53,390 nucleotides of DNA from Callorhinchus milii (lineage: Eukaryota): contig NW_024705338.1 of the NCBI RefSeq assembly GCF_018977255.1, positions 1 through 53,390 on the forward strand. Reading direction: 5' to 3'. Of the stretch, positions 48,064 through 53,390 are shown one piece after another. The notes below the pieces were generated by a model, which had not been told where the DNA came from, searched no databases, and worked only from the letters and a program-made list of their open reading frames with translations. The translations under genes and the position numbers were made by a program. Position 1 is the stretch's first letter. The number at the start of each line of letters is the position of its first letter.

Positions 48064-51000
48064 TGTTGTATACTAACCCTTCTTCCAAAATTGAGATTAA
48101 TAATATTTGATGATATTTTATATATTATCTTTTTACTTGTTTTTTTTAATGAAACACACCAAAGCGCAGCAAACTGCAAAACACCAGGTGTTGTTAAGTA
48201 ATGAACTGGAGGAGGGCTAGGATGGCAGAATTTGCAACCTTGCTTCAAGGAAAGATAAGGCCTGATGAACGGGCACATGTCACCCGTGCAGGCGGCAGAG
48301 ACAGTGGGAGTGTCAGCCAGACATAGTTAAGGCAAAAAGCCCAACCATCCTGCATGGTTTTAAAGTAACGTCAAAATTCGAAATTCAACAACAGAGTAGG
48401 CTAAATTATCGATCCTCGCGCTCGCTCAAATTGGAGACCAGGCTGCGAGCTACATCAATGAACCATTGCCCATTTGCTAATCCAATACTGAATGTTAATA
48501 TTACTGAAGTCAAAACGAATTCTATGACCTCAGCACATGGGCAAATAATAGGGCAGTGTCGACTCAAAGGCAATGGAAGAAACAGAGGCGCCTTTGTCTA
48601 AATCACAACCACAGAAAGCCAGGAATCATCACTGATTGTGTGTTTAGGGATTCCGAGCTAGTTAGAACACGTGCACACAGGGGGGAGGTAGAAGTACGCC
48701 TTGTCCTCCTGCAGCTGAGGGAACGAAAATAAGTGGGTCAGCTCAAGGCTGTGTGCACAGGGGAGGGAGCTGATTTAAACAACCCTGCACGTCTGAACGT
48801 GAGGGGGCCTTTGACCTGAAATTAAGAATAACACTCCCAGAGCAGAAGGTTGGATGGCCACAGTGAGGAGAATAAGAGTGTTGTATATCTCTCAAGGAGG
48901 CAGACCCAGCTGAACAACAAGGCTGCGGGGGTCACCAGAAGTTCGCGTTCGCCTAGTTAAGACAAAAAGCTCAATTATTCTGTATTGCTATTAAAGTAAC
49001 GTTAAAGTCGGAATTTAACAACAGGGTAGGCTAAAGTTATTGATATTCACACCCACTCCAATTAAACCAGGCCACAAGTTACGCCTACTGAACCATCACC
49101 ATCATTAAGTCAATATGAAATGTTATTTCCATACTTTAATACTTTCTATACAACTCGACCCGAAGCATATGACAATCAGAACCTTCCTAAGTCAAAATTG
49201 AATCGCACCCAGACAGGAGCGAATAGTCGATATAAGGTTGAAGAGGGAAGGAAATTAAGAGCACGGCGAACTGCAAACGTAAGCAAAAAGCCGGGAACGA
49301 CACCAGCCCAGCAACAGCGAGTCGGGCTTCGACAGGCCATAAAAGTAGAAATAATAACTCCCGGGGTCAGGGGACACAAGAAGAAGCAGGCAGACAAAAA
49401 CCAGAACTGACTCCAAGGTTCAACCGCCCTCACCTACAAGGAGTGACGGAAATTAATGAGGCCTTGAGTTAACGGCGTCAGCTGGACGGCAACAACAACG
49501 GCGAGCAGAGATAGGGTGGGGCAAAGACTGCGGGGCTATGGAATGCAACTTCGTGTCAGTAAAGCTCTGACAAACAAGTTAAGTTAAAGACATCACAATA
49601 CATAATATCGTACATAACATCAATGTTAACGCTATTCACCGTAAACTATATTCCGCTTATATAACCATGCAGACACCAAGGAATACGAATTCCTAGGATC
49701 AAGAAACTTACCCCTTAACCTAAGATATCGGAAATAAATTAATAATAAGCATATGCATGAAAAGACAAAAGTAAAACTTATGAAAAGCCAGGATAACGGG
49801 ATGAATCACCACCAGGTCGAATATAAATACATAATAAAAAAAACGATGTTAAACCCAGGGTCGGAGAGAAAGGGAGATCCCGGCCGTCTTTGTATCCCCG
49901 CAGCGCGGGATAGGAGTGTGTATACGCTCGGGGAAACACCTCCACTTGAGTCAAGCACCACGATGGGAAACGACAGACCTTAGGTTACATACAGAATCAT
50001 AACTGTGAAATAGTAAGGGACAAATGTTAACTTAAAACTTTTTAACCATTTCTTTGTGCGCCGGGTCGGAGAGAGTGTTGCCCCTCCCTCCAGGTTGTGC
50101 AACACGAACAAAGACGCCTATGAGACGATTTGTAACGTCTGTGTTTTGGGTTCATGAAGAAGGCCAGACAAGAGATAATATTGCACCCAGACAGAGAGAC
50201 GACTTCGAGGCAATTTGTAACATCTGATTGTTTGCTCGTGGGTTTATGGAGGGAGTGTGACAACGGAATATACCGTGGGTGATGCACACAAGGACATACG
50301 GACGTACGGACACACACATGGACACACCTGCCTACGGACAGATCCTGACACAGCAAAAATCGAAAGAAGCCCCGCCTTGTGGGCGGGATCCAGGGGGATT
50401 TTTCGGCATAAAGGAAAGGATCCTGAGCATTGGAAAGGAGTGCGACCAGCGGGTCGACTCAGGAGCGAGCTCGACCGGGAGGGTCGGCTCAGGAGCGAGT
50501 GCGACCAGCGGGTCGACTCAGGAGCGAGCTCGACCGGGAGGGTCGACTCAGGAGCGAGGGCGACCAGCGGGTCGACCCAGGAGCGAGCTCGACCGGGAGG
50601 GTCGGCTCAGGAGCGAGCTGCGACCAGCGGGTCGGCTCGACTCATCTTCAGCTCGTCTGGGACTCAGCCGAGTTCGATCGGCTTACCGAAGCCGGCTCTC
50701 GGGGCTCGACTCAAGCGGCTCCCCATCTCCTCTGCAGGCGGGCAAGACCCGCTTGACAGCTCAACTCGGCCTGCGTGGGTCAACCTCTGCCGAGTCGGAG
50801 GTCTCTGCTGCCGCCGGAGTGGTGAGTGTCGCGGTTTGGCGACGAGGCTCCGTGCACACCCTGGTCGACGACCCAACACTGCACGCTGCGAGCGAGTTGT
50901 GGGCGCCACCTACCGACCGGGTTCCGAACTGCGACAGCGTATCAACGGGCATCCGAACCAGTTCACCACGGTGACAGGGGAGCGACTGATACGTATGACG

Positions 51001-52450
51001 CGCACCGCCCCCTCACCACACGACCACCAGGCGTCTGTTTGACATAAAGAATCGACTCCGAACACTGACTATTCAAGACAACTCTTACCACTCAAACACA
51101 CTCGAACCCATAAGCCATCCGTGGCTGGGAAGGCATCACAACGAGACCGAGTGATGGCCATCCGTCGTTTATAAGAGTATTCGTAATTTTTATCTTTAAT
51201 ATTTAGTGGGCTGTACTCTTAATCGCATAAATTCCCAACAGATCCATCAATACGAACTGATTCTTGGCACCTCCTTCCGCCGAGCCACGCTCACGTGGGG
51301 AGTGGTGGCCCACCGGATCCTTATCAGGTGATCTGGTCCCCAATTAGTAAACTTGGTATAAGATAACGATCTTCGGAAAAGGAGCACCGTCGCAGGCCCT
51401 TACTCCGAGCCGTTCTGTTGTCAGATAACCTGCCGATGTATCTGTTGAGATTGGTGCCTTTAAGAATAATAACTGTTTTTGATTGTGTTTTTTTTATCGC
51501 CGTATAATCTTTCAAGTATCTTTCAGTCATAATCGCCGCACGTACTCGCATCCTCTACAGAATATTCAACTGTCCCGTGACCCAAGGTGCTAACAACGTG
51601 ATAAGGGTTGCGTATGATCAATAAGGAGTGCGGTACTGCGTGAACAATATTGAGTATAATCATTCATTAACGTTAAGGTTTTCTTAGCATAGTATTTGCA
51701 TATTTTAACGACTCTCTCTCTCACTAACAACCATCGCGTTATGCGGGATCCATGTGCCGTTGTCAAAGTGAAATCAGACAATCGTTGATGATACTGTATT
51801 GATGCCGTGTTGACGTTCCGGGATTGAGAGTTCGCATACTATATCATAGTTAAGGTTGAATTAGTAATAAATTGATCAATACAGAAGTGGTTGTGTGATT
51901 CTTTCCTGAAATCTATGCATAAGATCTGCTTCTGCGTTGAGATCTGAACTTGGTGACCTTAATAAACACACTAATACATACTCAGTAAATGTTAAAGCGA
52001 TAACGGGGTGAACCGGGGACCTAAAATATAACCACGAATACACACTCTGGGAATGTTAAAGCGAGAATGAGACGAACCTAGACAACGATGCCGAGTTAAT
52101 CTAAGTTAATCTTGCATACTTACACCACACCTGCATAACTGCATACGATTAATTGCCTTATTCCGATCGATAACCCACCCTCGTCACCGAGGCGGGGTCT
52201 GGTTATCATAACGACTACTTATCATAATTACACCCACTCGCATAATTAATACGATTACCTCTCGAATTGGCATAATTAAAATGTGCATAATTACATAAAT
52301 TAACATATTTCCGGATAATTACACATTTGGCCAAATTTCATTTAATTATTATTATTTTCACTGAATATTCATAACCCACATATACAACATAATAATTTCA
52401 CCCACGCACGCATACAACATAACAAATTTCGATAACCAACATATACAACA
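48064..52450. mobile_element. Unclassified 4.39-kb non-coding insertion with TGT...ACA termini
   Basis: TIR TGTTGTATA/TATACAACA and 4-bp TSD GGGT. It splits a repeat whose uninterrupted copy is at 1250-1696. Confidence 0.85.
50442..50640. repeat. 59-bp (29+30 dimeric) CpG-rich tandem repeat, ~3.3 copies
   Basis: GCGACCAGCGGGTCG starts at 50442, 50501, 50560 and 50620. Confidence 0.9.
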
Positions 52451-52948
52451 GGGTGACCAGCCCCTCCCCACCCAGCCCCAATCCTCCCACCCCCCCCAGC
52501 CCCTCCCCACCCAGCCCCTCCCACCCAGCCCCTCCCTCCCCAGCCCCTCCCTCTCCACCCAGCCCCTCCCTGCACGACGACGGATGGACGGACACAATAA
52601 TCCCCTGTGGGCTGGTGTAACCAGGAGGTTCCAACTAGTATAAATTAAATAAATATTGTATTCGTACAGCACCATGTTAAAGGGTACATCAACAGCACGA
52701 GCATGAACGTTACTGCAAAAGTTTTCTGCGGTTTCGATGACGCACGGGTGTTTCCACCGTGGCAGTGCACCCAGCCTGGCACAAGCGCTGTGGTGACGTC
52801 ACCGCCACTTGGTGGTGGCAAATGGCGGCTGCTGTATCGGACAAGGAACACTCCGTGTCCCACGCGTAGTGCTGACGCTGCAATGTGTTACATTTGTAGC
52901 AGCGGATGTGATGTTGAAGACTGGGGAACCCCCACCGCCATCTCTCCA

Positions 52949-53238
52949 CAGAGGTCGCAACCGGGTACCCGATACCCGTACCCTACCCGATACCCGGCTA
53001 CCCGTACCCGGCCGGGTACGGGTACGGGTAGCCGTTTGCGACCCTGGTGCGGCCGGGTACGGGTACAGGTAGGCCGTGAGTCACTGGTGAGTAGCCATTT
53101 GTCACTCATTTTGGGTAGGGTACGGGTAGAGAACGGGAACCCGTACCCGGCCGGGTACGGGTACAGGTACCCATTTGCGACCCTGTTACGGCCGGGTACG
53201 GGTACGGGTAAGGAATCAAAACCCGTTTGCGACCTCTG
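52949..53238. mobile_element. hAT-type MITE (same family as 32283-32616)
   Basis: Same TIRs; TSD TCTCTCCA/CCTCTCCA (7 of 8 match). Confidence 0.85.
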
Positions 53239-53390
53239 CCTCTCCATCAGTCACACACGGCTGGCCTGAGTGAGGTGGACCCCATTATGGGCCCTCACGA
53301 CCAGCTCATCGGTGCCTGACTGTGGATCCACGCTCTGGTTACGTGGTGGGTTCAGCTCGGAGCACATTATTACAATCCATATTTCATGAT

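Noticed and set aside
50442..50640. Regular ~30-bp repeats that could suggest a CRISPR array
   Set aside because: Pure tandem units without unique spacers, no cas genes, eukaryotic context. The overlapping 231- and 261-aa ORFs are repeat-driven.
53290..53380. Possible further decayed prominin exon on - (WIHSQ..PM before a GTGAG donor)
   Set aside because: Similarity is too weak and the frame is broken.

Overview
Eukaryotic, repeat-dense genomic DNA. GC3-rich exons, very long TG-type satellites and the repeat content suggest a lamprey; this is inference, not proven. Host gene content: (1) a four-exon Wnt7-family gene on + (5182-9589) with three lesions: a 12-nt deletion removing the W-K-W motif, Ser->Leu at the palmitoleoylation site, and a -1 frameshift before the last Cys; (2) four 3' exons of a prominin-1-like gene on - (44695-47850), with one expected exon missing or decayed; (3) one orphan 54-bp collagen exon. 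Most of the rest is mobile DNA: an intron-containing Academ-type transposon (19212-27428) carrying a nested young Gypsy element that lacks gag/PR/RT; Tc1, hAT and Harbinger-type elements; Penelope-like fragments, one with a minimal hammerhead motif; Tx1 and RTE LINE pieces; SINEs; solo LTRs; and an unclassified 4.39-kb TGT...ACA element whose empty site is present elsewhere in the window. After a 30-N gap, about 8.7 kb (35536-~44272) looks like featureless random sequence. I could support no biology there and flag it as probably artefactual or synthetic.
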